DNA of 64,000 nt from Octopus sinensis (Eukaryota): assembly GCF_006345805.1 (NCBI RefSeq), contig NC_043025.1, forward strand, positions 6,820,001-6,884,000, in the 5' to 3' direction. Of the stretch, positions 35,255 through 48,962 are shown piece after piece; within the stretch, counting starts at the first letter, position 1, and every line of letters starts with the position of its first letter. The notes below the pieces were generated by a model that made no database searches, was not told where the DNA came from, and was given only the letters and a program-made list of their open reading frames with translations. A program made the position numbers and the translations under genes.

Positions 35255-35870
35255 ATTTTCCTGGTCCCTTGACATTTCTTCAGTGAGGGCCAGCATCTGA
35301 AGATCCTTTCTCACCACTTTGTCCCATGTCTTCCTGGGCCGATCCCTTCCACAGGTCACCTCCACAATTAAAACTTGGCACTTCTTTATACAGCTGTCCT
35401 CATCCATACACATCACATGTCCAAACCAGCACCATCTTCTCTCTTCCACACAACATCTGATGCCTCTTATACCCAGGTTTCCTCTTAAATCATTCACATC
35501 CTGTCCTGAGTGTGCACTGACATTACCCATCTACCAGAGCGTGCTAGCTTCATTCCTTTTAAGCTTTTGCCAAAGCTCATGTTTCACTGCCATGTAACAT
35601 ACCTGTCCATACACAGGTATCATTGAACATACCTTTCGTTCTGAGGGAGAGGCCCTTAGTTACCAACAAAAGTAGAAGCTCTCTGAGCTTTACCCAGCCT
35701 ATACTTATTCTAGCAGCTATGCTCTCAGAACTTCCTCCACCATTGCGAAATTGGTTACCTAGGTAACAGAAGCTATCTACACCTAACGATACCCCTGAGC
35801 ATTTGAGGGAGTCTATTGTCTGTGCATTTTTAGTGCTTATTGTACCTGCAGATTTTCCATAAGACTATAT
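35255..35870 (-). pseudogene. Degenerate RTE reverse-transcriptase C-terminal fragment
   Basis: VDSFCYLG..., WFGHVMCMDEDSCIKKC..GRDRPRKTWDKVV; homologous to 43553-44204. Confidence 0.85.
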
Positions 35871-35924
35871 TCACCACAATACCTCTTATGCATCCAAACC
35901 ATATATATATATATATATATTCTG

Positions 35925-36262
35925 AGACCCCCTTCAGTCATGACACAGACCATGGGATTGCACCTAGAAAGTTACTCTCCCAGGCACAAATCCAGGCAAG
36001 GTTGTTTATGGAAGACTAGCAGTTGCCCATGCATACCGGCCTCCCCTCTCCATAGCACTGATGTTATCCAAGGGAAAGGCAAAGGGGCTGATACAGCTTG
36101 GCACGTGTGATGTTGCAACTCATTTCTACAACTGAGTGAAGTGGAGCAACGTGAAATAAAGTGTCTTGCTCAAGAACACAACACGCAGCCCGGTCTGGGA
36201 TTCAAACTCACAACCTCACGATCGTAAGCTCGACGCACTAACCACTGAGCCATGCACCTTCA
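35925..36262 (-). mobile_element. tRNA SINE (head A, tail Y)
   Basis: Head shared with 16741-16870; full homologue at 53485-53822. Confidence 0.8.
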
Positions 36263-36497
36263 CATCATTAACTGGTTGTTATATCATTATTGTTATTTCT
36301 GTTCAGAAAAGTTTTGAACATTTTGATAAACCGTTTTTCTTTTCATTTTCTTCCATCTTCACTGGTGTCATGTAGTTTGTGGAAAGGAAAAATTAGAAAC
36401 ATTTTCTGACCACATATTTTTATATGTTGGCTTAATGGAATCTGGTGAATATTAGTGTTCTGGATTTGTTGTCTGTTTCTAATTTTTCTACAAACAC

Positions 36498-36529
<32 letters not shown>

Positions 36530-37288
36530 GCAAAAAGATACACACACATGCGCACATATACATGCACACACACACACCCATGCAAACACACACACAACAT
36601 ATGCCCACATAGACACACACAAACACACATACAGAAACACACACACATGAACACACACGCATGCCCACAAAAACACACATACATACACAAACATGCACAC
36701 ACACAGAAGCACACATGCACACGCACACACACAACTTTTATCTTCTATCTTTTACTTGTTATAGTCTTCTGACTGTGGCCAAGCTGGGGCACTACCTTGA
36801 GGAATTTTAGTCAAGTGAATCAACCCCAGTATTTTACTGTTTTAAACCTTAGTGCTTATTCTATTGGTCTCTTTTGGTGAACAGCAGTCTTTTGGGGGAT
36901 GTAAACACACCAACACCGGTTATCAAGTAGTGGTGGTGGACAAACATAAGCATAAAGACACATACACACACATGTGTATACAATGGGCTTCTTTCAGTTT
37001 CCGTCGACCAAATCCACACAGAAAGCTTTGGGTAACCCAAGGCTATAGTAGACAACACTTACCCAAGATGCCATGCTGTAGGACTGAACCCAGGACCATG
37101 TGGTTGCGAAACCAACCTCTTAACACACAACCATACCTGTACCTAAAGCTATCCCATCTCTGAAGTAACATTGAGAATAAGAAACCTTATTTACATAACA
37201 AATCCTGACAATAAAAGAGAGTATTTAGGGAAGTTCAGGTAACACATAAAAAACCCCAGACAAATACACACATGGGGAGAGACAAGAC

Positions 37289-37388
37289 NNNNNNNNNNNN
37301 NNNNNNNNNNNNNNNNNNNNNNNNNNNNNNNNNNNNNNNNNNNNNNNNNNNNNNNNNNNNNNNNNNNNNNNNNNNNNNNNNNNNNNNN
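37289..37388. other. Assembly gap (100 N)
   Basis: Run of N. Confidence 1.
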
Positions 37389-37474
37389 TATATACCTGTG
37401 TGTGTGTGTATATGTTTATATATATATATAAATGTGTGTGTGTGTGTATGTGTGTGTGTATGTATGTGTGTGTG

Positions 37475-37505
<31 letters not shown>

Positions 37506-38950
37506 ATTTATGTGATAGTGTGTGTATATGTTAAAACAGAACAAACATACATATACTCTCTCTTTTACTCTTTTACTTGTTTCAGTCATTTGACTGCGGC
37601 CATGCTGGAGCACCACCTTTAATCGAGCAACTCGACCCTGGGACTTATTCTTTGTAATCCCAGTACTTATTCTATCGGTCTCTTTTGCTGAACCACTATG
37701 TTACAGGGATGTAAACACACCAGCATCGGTTCTCAAACGATGTTGGGGAACAAATATAGAAACACAAAAATATACACAGGCATACATATATATATATATA
37801 TATATATACATATATACGACGGGCTTCTTTCAGTTTCCGTCTACCAAATCCACTCACAAAGCTTTGGTCGGCCCGATGCTATAGTAGAAGACACTTGCCC
37901 AAGATGCCATGCAGTGGGACTGAACCTGGAACCATGTGGTTGGTAAACAAGCTACTTACCACTCACACACACATATATATATATATATATGTATATTTAT
38001 GTGTGTGTGTCTGTGTTAAAACAGGACAAACGTACATATTAAGTGTTTTGTCTCTGTCTCTCGTATTTATTCTTTTACTTGTTTTGGTCATTTGACTGCC
38101 GTCATGCTGGAGCACCGCCTTTAGTCGAGCAAATCGACCCCAGGTCTTATTCTTTATAAGCCTAGCACATGTTCTATCGGTCTCTTTTGCCGAACCACTA
38201 AGTTGCAGGGATGTAAACACACCAAAATCAGTTATCGAGCAACAGTGAGGAGGACAAACATAGACACACACACACACACACACCACACATATATATGTAT
38301 AACAAGCTTCTTTCAGTTTCCATTTACCAAGTCTATTCACAAGTCTTTGGTCAGCCTAGGGCTATAATAGAGGACACTTGCCCATGCAGTGGGATTGAAC
38401 CTGGGACCATATATATATATATATTTTTTTTTATATATATATATGTATGTATGTATATATATAGGAGTGCTCTGTGGTAAGAAGCTTGCTACCCAACCAC
38501 ATGGTCCCGGGTTCAGTCCCACTGCGTGGCAAGTGTTCTCTACTATAGCCCTGGGCTGACCAAAGCCTTGTTAATGGACTTAGTAAATGGAAACTGAAAG
38601 AAGCTTGTTGTACATATATATATATATATGTATATACATATATTTTCTTTTGTTTCAGTCATTTGACTGCAGCCATGCTGGAGCACCACCTTTAGTCAAA
38701 CAAATCCATCTCAGGACTCATTCTTTGTAAGCCTAGTACTTTTTCTATCAGTTGCTTTTTGCTGAACTGCTAAGTTACGGGGGACGTAAACACACCAGCA
38801 TCAGTTGTCAAGCGATGCTGGCGGGGAGACAGTAATCAGGGTGGAGCGCTGGTTATGTGGCTGAAGAGAGGTACTGACTGTGCAGGAGGTAGTGAAGATG
38901 CAAGCCCAAGAGAGTATAAAGTTCAGTCAGACAGGATCAAACTGGGATAA

Positions 38951-39352
38951 AAAAAAAAAAAAAAAAAGGAAGCTCTCCGTCGGTTACGACGACGAGGGTT
39001 CCGGTTGATCCGATCAACGGAACAGCCTGCTCGTGAAATTAACATCTAAGTGGCTGAGCACTCCACAGACACGTGTACCCTTAACGTAGTTCTCGGGGAT
39101 ATTCAGCGTGACACAGAGAGTGACAAGGCCGGCCCTTTGAAATACAGGTACAACAGAAACAGGAAGTAAGAGTGAGAGAAAGTTGTGGTGAAAGAGTACA
39201 GCAGGGATCATCACCATCCCCTGCCGGAGCCTCGTGGAGCTTTTAGGTCTTTTCGTTCAATAAACACTCACAACGCCCAGTCTGGGAATCGAAACTGCGA
39301 TCCTACAACCGTGAGTCTGCTGCCCTAACCACTGGGCCATTGTGCCTCCACT
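38951..39352 (-). mobile_element. tRNA SINE (head B, tail X) with oligo(T) tail and 12-bp TSD
   Basis: TSD aaactgggataa at 38939-38950 and 39353-39364. Confidence 0.88.
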
Positions 39353-39583
39353 AAACTGGGATAACCACAGGAGCAAAAAATATATAGTTCAAATGGACAG
39401 AAAACAAAAGATGAAGACATGTGTAGGAACAACAAGCAGGTATATTAGTTTAACGCTTCGGAAAAAGACTAAAGTCTTATATGTTTCAAACCTACAATCT
39501 TTGACTCCGGTTTGACAAGGACGTCCTACAGCACCTGGTGGAACAAAATCCCATCATAACTGTTGAGGGACTAGCAGAGAAGT

Positions 39584-40775
39584 TCCACCAAACCTCAGTC
39601 ACAATTTATGTTCCTAACACTAGCTTATTGATAACTAAGTTATTTTACTAAATTCTTTGTTATATTTAAAGTAATTGAAAGAAACACAGAGCATCTCAAC
39701 AGAAATATGGTAACAAAAGGGTTGAAGTCACCATGACATTTTTAACCCTTTCGTTATCAACCCGGCTGAAACCACCTCTGGCTCTGTATTACAAATGTCT
39801 TGTTTTCATAAGTTTTGAATTAAAATCTTCCACCAAACCTTAGTCACAATTTATGTTCCTAACACTAGCTGAATGATAACTAAGTTATTTTACTAAATTC
39901 TTTGTTGTATCTAAAATTAATTGAAAGAAACACAGAGCATCTCAACAGAAATATGGTAACAAAAGGGTTGAAGTCACCATGATATTTTTAACCCTTTTGA
40001 TACCAACCCTGTTGAAACCACCTCTGGTTCTGTAGTACAAATGTCTTGTTTTCCTAAATTTTGAATTAAAATCTTCCACCAAACCTTAGTCACAATTTAT
40101 GTTCCTAACACTAGCTGAATGATAACTAAGTTATTTTACTAAATTCTTTGTTGTATCTAAAATTAATTGAAAGAAACACAGAGCATCTCAACAGAAATAT
40201 GGTAACAAAAGGGTTGAAGTCACCATGATATTTTTAACCCTTTTGATACCAACCCTGTTGAAACCACCTCTGGTTCTGTAGTACAAATGTCTTGTTTTCC
40301 TAAATTTTGAATTAAAATCTTCCACCAAACCTTAGTCACAATTTATGTTCCTAACACTAGCTGAATGATAACTAAGTTATTTTACTAAATTCTTTGTTAT
40401 ATTTAAAATTAATTGAAAGAAACACAGAGCATCTCAACAGAAATATGGTAACAAAAGGGTTGAAGTCACCATGATATTTTTAACCCTTTTGATACCAACC
40501 CAGCTGAAACCACCTCTGGTTCTGTAGTACAAATGTCTTGTTTTCTTAAGTGTTGAATTAAAATCTTCCACCAAACCTTAGTCACAATTTATGTTCCTAA
40601 CACCAGCTTAATTATAACTAAGTTATTTTACTAAATTCTTTGTTATATTTAAAATTAATTGAAAGAAACACAGAGCATATCAACAGAAATATGGTAACAA
40701 AAGGGTTAAAGTCCCATGATATTTTTAACCCTTTTTATATTTTTATATTTCAAATTAATTGAAAGAAACACAGAG
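39584..40775. repeat. 246-bp tandem array of a piggyBac-like MITE
   Basis: aaaagggtt anchor at 39715, 39961, 40207, 40453 and 40699; each unit runs ttaacccttt...aaagggtt(g/a)a. Confidence 0.88.
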
Positions 40776-41247
40776 AATGTATCAAACATCAAAATGAAGC
40801 TGGTGTGTCTACGTCCCAGTAACTTAGTAGTTCAGCAAAAGAGACCAATTGAATAAGTACTGGGCTTACAAAGAATAAGTCGTGGGGTCGATTTGTTCGA
40901 CTGAAGGCAGTCATTTGACTGCAGCATGGCCACAGTCAAATGACTGAAGCAAGTGAAAGAATAAAGAAATATTAGCATCTTTCCAGACAGCAATGTTGCA
41001 ATTAGCCACCAGCCTAATTAAAAATTAATTATTTGCGATAGAAGCAGCATTAATACCATGAGCTAATCTTTATATCGAACTTAAGATGGATGTTGTGTTA
41101 GAACACTGAATACTGTGTTATTAGCTCTGAGAGATCATCTCAGTTTGATGTTAATAAAGCAGTATTTAGTGTAGTAACAAGGCATCCATGTTAAGTTGGA
41201 TATAAAGATTACCCTTTGGTACCAATAATGCTTCTGTTGTTAATAAT

Positions 41248-41282
<35 letters not shown>

Positions 41283-41283
<1 letters not shown>

Positions 41284-41513
41284 TCTTTACTCTCTTTTTA
41301 CTCTTTTACTTGTTTCAGTCATTTGACTGCGGCAATGCTGGAGCACCGCCTTTAATCGAGCAACTCGACCCCGGGACTTATTCTTTTGTAAGCCCAGTAC
41401 TTATTCTATCGATCTTTTTTGCCGAACCGCCAAGTAACGGGCACATAAACACACCAGCATCGGTTGTCAAGCAATGCTATGGGAACAAACACAGACACCG
41501 CATATCTATATAT

Positions 41514-41544
<31 letters not shown>

Positions 41545-41705
41545 CACTATATACGATGGCTTCTTTCAGTTTCCGTCTAAAAATCCACTCACGAGGCTTT
41601 GGTGGGCGAGGCTTTAGTAGAAGACACTTGCCCAAGGTGCCACGCAGTGGGACTGAACCTGGAACATGTGGTTGGTAAAACAGCTACTTACCACACAGCC
41701 ACTCC
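41283..41705 (-). mobile_element. CORE-like tRNA SINE
   Basis: Same family as 1541-2150. Further copies or halves at about 36750-37140, 37555-38820, 40810-40970, 43323-43550, 44815-45545 and 48160-48770. Confidence 0.85.
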
Positions 41706-41826
41706 TGATCTATTTGATGTTTTATAAAAATATTTTTTCTTTTTTCTTATGATTTGGTTTATGTCTATCATTGTTTCAATGCATAATAGTGGGTTTTTTT
41801 CTCTAATATATATTATATAATATATA

Positions 41827-41874
<48 letters not shown>

Positions 41875-42111
41875 GTATGTATGTATGTATACTTGTTAAC
41901 AGACCAGTGTCCCATCCAGGTGTGGAACCTAAATGCCATTGAAACCGGGAAACCAGCCCTTATGAGCCACACTTGCTTGCGGAAGATCAAAAGCAGTCAC
42001 GACTGAATGTGCGTTGTGAACAGAAAGGACAGGTGGATGTTGATCCAGAACCCTTTTACGAAGGCTGGTGTTATGGGATTTGCAGATGTGGAAGAGGTAA
42101 AGGAAAAAATC

Positions 42112-42675
42112 ATCATCCTCATCCCCATTTAACGTCCGCTTTCCATGCTGGCATAGGTTGGACGGTTCAACTGGGGTCTGGGAAGCCAGAAGGCTTCACC
42201 AGGCCCAGTCTGATCTGGCAGTGTTTCTACGGCTGGAGCCCTTCCTAAATGCCCAACCACTCCGTCAGTGTAGTGGGTGCTTTTTACGTGCCAACGGCCA
42301 AAGGCTGCCAGGCGAGGCTGGCAGACCGGGACAATACGGATGTGTGCTTTTTACGTGCCACCGGCACTGGGGGGGGGTGGGCCAGATGTGACGAGCTGGC
42401 AGACAGCCACAAACTAGAGATCGGTGGTGCTTTTTACGTGGCCAACGGCAAAGGGGCCAGGCGAGGGTGGCAGTCAGCGGCCACAATCGGATGGTGTTTT
42501 TTACGTTGCGCCGGCACAAGAGTGCCAGGCCGAGGCTGGCGTATATGGGCCCACCAACGGAGGTGACTTTTTACGTGCCACCAGCACGGGGGCCAGATGA
42601 AGCTGGCAACGGCCACGGTCGGATGGTGCTTTTTACAGGTCACCGGCACGGAGGCCAGTCGGGCGGTGCTGGCTA
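42112..42675 (-). mobile_element. RTE LINE 3' UTR fragment
   Basis: Same 3' end family with diverged internal repeats. Confidence 0.75.
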
Positions 42676-42833
42676 ATGTGTTAAAAGGCATCACTTCACA
42701 AGAGTTCCAGCATTGCTTTGAACAGTGAAAAATACATCCAGACCAATGCATTGCTTCAAATGGAGAATATTTTGAAGGCAAGTGAATAAAATAATATTGC
42801 AAAAGTCTGGTTTCTTTTGGGTCCCCCTTGTAT
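42676..42833 (+). mobile_element. Mariner C-terminal relic with TIR-like end
   Basis: LKGITSQEFQHCFEQ*KIHPDQCIASNGEYFEG, ending ttttgggtcccccttgta. Confidence 0.7.
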
Positions 42834-43552
42834 ATACATATTTCACAAACAGGTAGATATACAGATAGATAGGTAGGTATGCAGATATATATAGGTAGTT
42901 AGGTAGGTAGATAGGTTGATAGATAGATAGATAAAGAGAGAGAGAGAGAGAGAAATCTGTAGATGTATATGAAGGTAAGTAGATAGACAGGTAGGTGGAT
43001 ATGAATGTAGGTAGGTAGCTAGCTAGATAAATATGCAGGTAAATAGGTAGATATCTCAGTAGACAGACAGATCAAAACAGGAGATCGGAAAAAATTTTTG
43101 GTATTAAAAATTTTTTTTTCCACGCTTCTCTTTTGATATATAATTATTTGGCAACAAATATTTTCCACTATTTTTCAAATTTTATGCATTCTTCACACAA
43201 ATATTATATCTGCATACAACTTCAGAGAACTGGAATAAGCAGAGGTGCTTCAAGAGGACACAGCCTGGATTTTTAACCTTATCTGCATAATGGATAGATA
43301 TAGACAGATATAAAATTATATATATACTCTCTCTTTTACTCTTTTACTTGTTTCAGTCATTTGACTGCGGCCATGCTGGAGCACCGCCTTTAGTCGAGCA
43401 AATCGACCCCAGGACTTATTCTTTGTAAGCCCAGTACTTATTCTATCGGTCTCTTTTGCCGAACCGCTAAATGACGGGGACGTAAACACACCAGCATCGG
43501 TTGTCAAGCAATGCTAGGGGGACAAACACAGACACACAAACAAACACACAGA

Positions 43553-44810
43553 TGCTCAGGAATAATAAACACTGAAAATGCTCTGAGACCAACTTCCGTC
43601 ACTTTCCAGGGAGAAAAACTAGAAATAGTTGATAGTTTCCGTTACCTAGGTGACCAAGTCAGCAGCGGGGGCGGGTGTGCTGAAAGTGTAACTGCTAGAG
43701 TAAGAATAGCTTGGGCAAAGTTCAGAGAGCTCTTACCTCTGCTGGTGACAAAAGGCCTCTCGCACAGAGTGAAAGGCAGACTGTATGATGCGTGTGTACG
43801 AACAGCCATGCTACATGCAGTGAAACATGGGCCGTGACTGCTGAGGATATCGTAAGCTCGCTAGAAATGAAGCCAGTATGCTCCGATGGATGTATAATGC
43901 CGGTACTCACACTCGGCAGAGTGTAAGTACCTTGAGAGAAAAGCTGGACCTAAGAAGCATCATTGTGGTGTGCAAGAGAGACGTTTGCGCTGGTATGGTC
44001 ATGTGGCGAGAATGGATAAGATAGTTGTGTGAAAAAGTGCCACACCCTAGCGGTTGAGGGAACCTGTGGAAGAGGCAGACCCAGGAAAACCTGGGACAAG
44101 GTGGTGAAGCACGACCTTCGAACTTTAGGTCTCACTGAGGAAATGACTAGAGACCGAGACCTCTGGAAGTGTGCTGTGCGCGAGAAGACCCGGCAGGACA
44201 AGTGAGTCCACAACCCGTGGCCTTCTACATGGGATGGAGCCAGCCTACGTATGCATACCTTCCCTTCTTGGGACACAAAACTCTACTTGTGAAGACGTGT
44301 TGAGGCAAGTGAGGATCAGAATCGAAATCGATCAATGGAAATTGCGGATGTGCTACCAGTGCCGGTGGCATGTCGAAACTCTGCTTGTGAAGACCCATTG
44401 AGGCAAGTGAGGATCAGAATCGAAATCGATCAATGGAAATCGATCAATGGAATTGCAGATGTGTTACCAGTGCCGGTGGCATGTAAGAGAACTTTCCGTT
44501 TCGCGACCGTTGCCAGCACCGCCCCGTTTCGTGTCCGTTGCCAGTCTCGCCTGGCCCTCGTGCCGGTGCACATAAAAAGCACCATCCGTTCGTGGCCGTT
44601 TGCCAGCTCTGTCTGGCACCAGTGCGGGTGGCACGTAAAAAGCACCCACTACACTCACGGAGTGGTTGGCGTTAGGAAGGGCATCCAGCCGTAGAAACAC
44701 TGCCAGATTTGACTGGGCCTGATGAAGCCTTCTGGCTTCACAGACCCCAGTAGAACCGTCCAACCCATGCTAGCATGGAAAACGGACACTAAATGATGAT
44801 GATGATGATA
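43553..44810 (+). mobile_element. 5'-truncated RTE-clade LINE (ORF end, 3' UTR, (GAT)n tail), frameshifted
   Basis: LEIVDSFRYLGDQVSSGGGC..RIAWAKFRELLPLL..., WYGHV..., GRGRPRKTWDKVV..DRDLW..DK*; stop near 44204. Confidence 0.9.
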
Positions 44811-45277
44811 TATATGCGTGTGTGTGTTTGTTCCCCTAGTATTGCTTGACAACCGATGCTGGTGTGTTTATGTCCCCGTTACTTAGCGGTTCGGCAAAAG
44901 AGACCGATAGAATAAGTACTGGGCTTACAAAAGAATAAGTCCCGGGGTTGAGTTGCTCGATTAAAGGTGGTGCTCCAGCATGGCCGCAGTTAAATGACTG
45001 AAACAAGTAAAAGAATAAAAGAAGAGAAATGGAAAATGGAGTCAAATGCACAAGATGTTATTTAAATCATTTATGTTGCCACCATATGTTTCGATGGAGA
45101 CATTACAATTAAGCCGAGAGGAAAAATAATGTGGAATAACGTATAATCTAATCAGAGAGGAGATTATAAATAACATATGGCTACGCTGGTAACTATTTCT
45201 CCGGATCTTTCCTTGGAAATCAAACATATATGATCTATATATATATATGGAAAACGGACTTTAAACGATGATGATGA

Positions 45278-45313
<36 letters not shown>

Positions 45314-45544
45314 CACAGGCATGGCTATGTGGCAAGAAGCTTGCTTCCTGACCACATGATTCTGGGTTCAGTTCCACTGCATGGCACCTTGGGCAAGTGT
45401 CTTCTACTATAGCCTCGGGCCAACCAAAGCCTTGTGAGTGGATTTGGTAGACGGAAACTGAAAAGAAGCCTGCTGTGTGTGTGTGTGTCTTTGCATCTCT
45501 GTTTGTTCACCACCACCATTTGACGACCGGTGTTGGTATGTTTA

Positions 45545-46240
45545 TGAGAGAGAGAGACAGATAATGAGAGAGAGAAAGAGGATGAGAGAGAGAGAGACAG
45601 ACGATGAGAGAGAGAGACAGACGATGAGAGAGAGAGACAGACGATGAGAGAGAGAGACAGACGATGAGAGAGAGAGACAGACGATGAGAGAGAGAGACAG
45701 ACGATGAGAGAGAGAGACAGACGATGAGAGAGACAGACAGACGATGAGAGAGACAGACAGACGATGAGAGAGACAGACAGACGATGAGAGAGACAGACAG
45801 AGGATGAGAGAGACAGACAGACGATGAGAGAGACAGACAGACGATGAGAGAGACAGACAGACGATGAGAGAGTCAGACAGACGATGAGAGAGTCAGACAG
45901 ACGATGAGAGAGAGAGACAGACAATGAGAGAGACAGACAGACGATGAGAGAGACAGACAGACGATGAGAGAGACAGACAGACGATGAGAGAGACAGACAG
46001 AGGAAGAGAGAGTCAGACAGACGATGAGAGAGAGAGACAGACGATGAGAGAGAGAGACAGACGATGAGAGAGACAGACAGACGATGAGAGAGAGAGACAG
46101 ACGATGAGAGAGAGAGACAGACGATGAGAGAGACAGACAGACGATGAGAGAGACAGACAGACGATGAGAGAGACAGACAGACGATGAGAGAGATAGACAG
46201 AGGATGAGAGAGACAGACAGAGGATGAGAGAGAGAGAGAC
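45545..46240. repeat. 20-bp minisatellite (acgatgagagagasagacag)n, about 33 copies
   Basis: Exact 20-bp periodicity over 45601-46200. Confidence 0.95.
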
Positions 46241-47110
46241 AGACAATGATAGAGAGAGAGAGAAAGTGAGACAGACAGACAAAGAGAAGAGGGAGAGAGA
46301 AAGAGGGAGGGAGAGAGTGAGAAAGTGGGAGAGAGAGCGAGAGAAAGAGGGAGAGGGAGAGAAAGAGGGAGAGGGAGAGAAAGAGGGAGAGGGAGAGAAA
46401 GAGGGAGAGAGAGAGAGAGAAAGAGCTAGAGAGAGAGAAAAACGGAGAGAAAGAGAAAGCGGGAGGAAAAGAGAGACGGAGAGAGAGAGAGAGAAAAATT
46501 AAACATACACGCACAAAAGACAATCACAAATACAATGTCTAATAATCTTCCAATTCTTTCGAAAATCCACCAGACAAACACCCCACCACCACCACCACCA
46601 CCACCACCACTGCTACCAGCTAACCAACCGACAAACCTACCAACTAGCCAGCCCCCCCCCCACCGCCACCGGACAAGCAACGGGGGGAAAAAACAATAGG
46701 TTTTTTTTTTTTTTTTTCAAAAATAATTCCATTTAGATTTTCAAGCTTTGTGGCTCTCGTGATGACACAGTGACATACACCGTTCTTGTGATGACGAAGG
46801 AAAAGGGGAGGTGGGTCCGGGTGACGGTGTAGAGGAGAGGAGAGGAGAGGAGCACTTGTTTATGGCGACACCCCCACCCCACCCCACCCCACCCCATCAC
46901 TCTCGCATGTTTGTGGGTGTATTAATGAACACGCGGATGTGCCACAGTTTGGGACAATGGATGAAAACAGATGTGTGTGTGTTTGTGCGTGTGTGTGTGT
47001 GCATGTATTGGGGGGAGGGTTAATTAAAAATATACTCAAATAGTGAGTTCTATTTTTCCTGTTTGTCTCAACATAGCTCTCTCTCTCTCTCTCTGTATTT
47101 ATATATATAT

Positions 47111-47494
47111 ATAGAATGGTTGTATACTGTCAATCTAACACGAACGTGACAGTAGGGGGGTACACCACCGCTGTATAGCCCTAGGAAGCATCGACACCTC
47201 CTGATGGCTTTGACACATTTTTTCCTGTGTCCTTATATACATTTACGAAGGGGAGACAAACACCCCCGGCTGCCGGAGCTGCATCTTGGGACACGTGTTT
47301 CAGGATCATTGTCCTTCATCGGCCGAGAGTAGCACACGTGTCCCTAGATGCAGCTCCGGCGGCCGGGGGTGTTTGTCTCCCCTTCGTAAATGTATATAAG
47401 GACACAGGGAAAAATGTTTCAAAGCCATCAGGAGGCGTCGATGCTTCCTAGGGCTATACGTTCGTGTTAGATTGACAGTATACAACCATTCTAT
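47111..47494. mobile_element. GC-richer fold-back element: 126-bp inner arms, 36-bp outer arms, 26-nt bulge, 35-nt loop
   Basis: 47173-47298 pairs with 47334-47459; 47111-47146 pairs with 47459-47494. Confidence 0.85.
47284..47328 (-). ncRNA. Minimal type-I hammerhead motif with GUC site (CCGAUGA core variant)
   Basis: tctcgg-CCGATGA-agga caatga tcct-GAAAC-acgt-GTC-ccaaga. Confidence 0.7.
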
Positions 47495-47626
47495 CGCCCC
47501 ACCACCGTACATGTCTCTACGAGAGATTTAGAAATTTAGTATTTCTTATATATATATATATATATATATTATGATAGATCGTTAGCCACTACACACCATT
47601 TTTTTCTCTCCTTGTTTTCTGTGTCC

Positions 47627-47662
47627 CTTTCTGTAGAAGAGCATAGGCTCGAAACGTAAAAG
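47627..47662 (+). ncRNA. Ultra-minimal hammerhead-like motif (core CUGUAGA)
   Basis: cttt-CTGTAGA-a-gagc atag gctc-GAAAC-GTA-aaag; same architecture as 21184-21218. Confidence 0.45.
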
Positions 47663-48037
47663 ACTTTCTATTCCTGAGCATTAAACTAATACATCTGTTT
47701 GTTTTGTACACCACCTGTTTTCGTCTTTTTGTTGATTTTTTTTCGTAACTCTCCCTATATACATACATATATATATATATATATTATATATATATTATAT
47801 ACACACACACATATATATATATATAATATACACACACACATATATATATATATACACAACACACACCATATATATATATATACACACCACACATATATAT
47901 ATATATACACACACACATATATATATATACACACACACACATATATATATATATACACACACACACACATATATATATATATAACACATACACACACATA
48001 TATAATATATATACACCACACACATATATATATATAT

Positions 48038-48098
<61 letters not shown>

Positions 48099-48513
48099 TA
48101 TATATATATATATAAGTATGCATACATATATATATATATATCTATGTACGTATGTGTGTCTGTGTGGTAAGAAGCTTGCTTCTCAACCACATGGTTCCAG
48201 GTTCAGTTCCACTGCATGGCACTTTGGGCAAGTGCCTTCTACTATAGACTCAGGCCAACCAAAGCCTTGTGAATGGATTTGGTAGACCAAAACAGAAAGA
48301 AACCCATCATATATATTATATATATATATTTTTGATTTTCACTCTCGATAAGTTCATCTTTTTGTGTCCCCAGCACTCGGCATCCTAATTTAGGGGCCTT
48401 TAATTGTATTACTACATGAATAATATTTTTCGATACGAATAATATTTTTGTCTTATGACCGATTCGTCTTTTGTGCTGGGCACCTGGTAGTAACTAATAT
48501 TTCTACCCTCCTT

Positions 48514-48558
<45 letters not shown>

Positions 48559-48962
48559 GTATTGTGTGTGTGTGTCTTTGTATGTGTTTGTCCCTCCACC
48601 ATCGTTTGACCACCCATGTTGATGTGTTTATGTCCCCCATAACTTAGCAGTTGGGCAAAAGAGTCTGAAAGAATAAGTCCTAGGCTTACAAAGAATAAGT
48701 CCTGTGGTCAGTTTGTTTGACTAAAGGCAGTACTCCAACATGGCCACAGTCAAAAGAATAAAAGAATATATATATGTAAGTTTGCACACACACATACATA
48801 TATATATATATTAAATCTGAATAACAAATATAATCAATGGTAAGCAGTGTCTTCCTTTGAAAAATCTCAGTTACAACTGTGATGTTGTTGATAAAACCTG
48901 TTCTTTGTCTATCTACTTATCCTCTTTGAATCCTTTGAATTTCACTAAATTCTATATTTTTA

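Noticed and set aside
41973-42110. Cys/Trp-containing ORF (DPEPFYEGWCYGICRC) with a possible GT donor
   Set aside because: No polypyrimidine acceptor, Cys spacing unlike CBM14, and it lies between repeat fragments.
45060-45230. Hammerhead-like ctgatta...gaaac on the minus strand
   Set aside because: Core mismatch, non-cleavable GUG triplet and no stem I.
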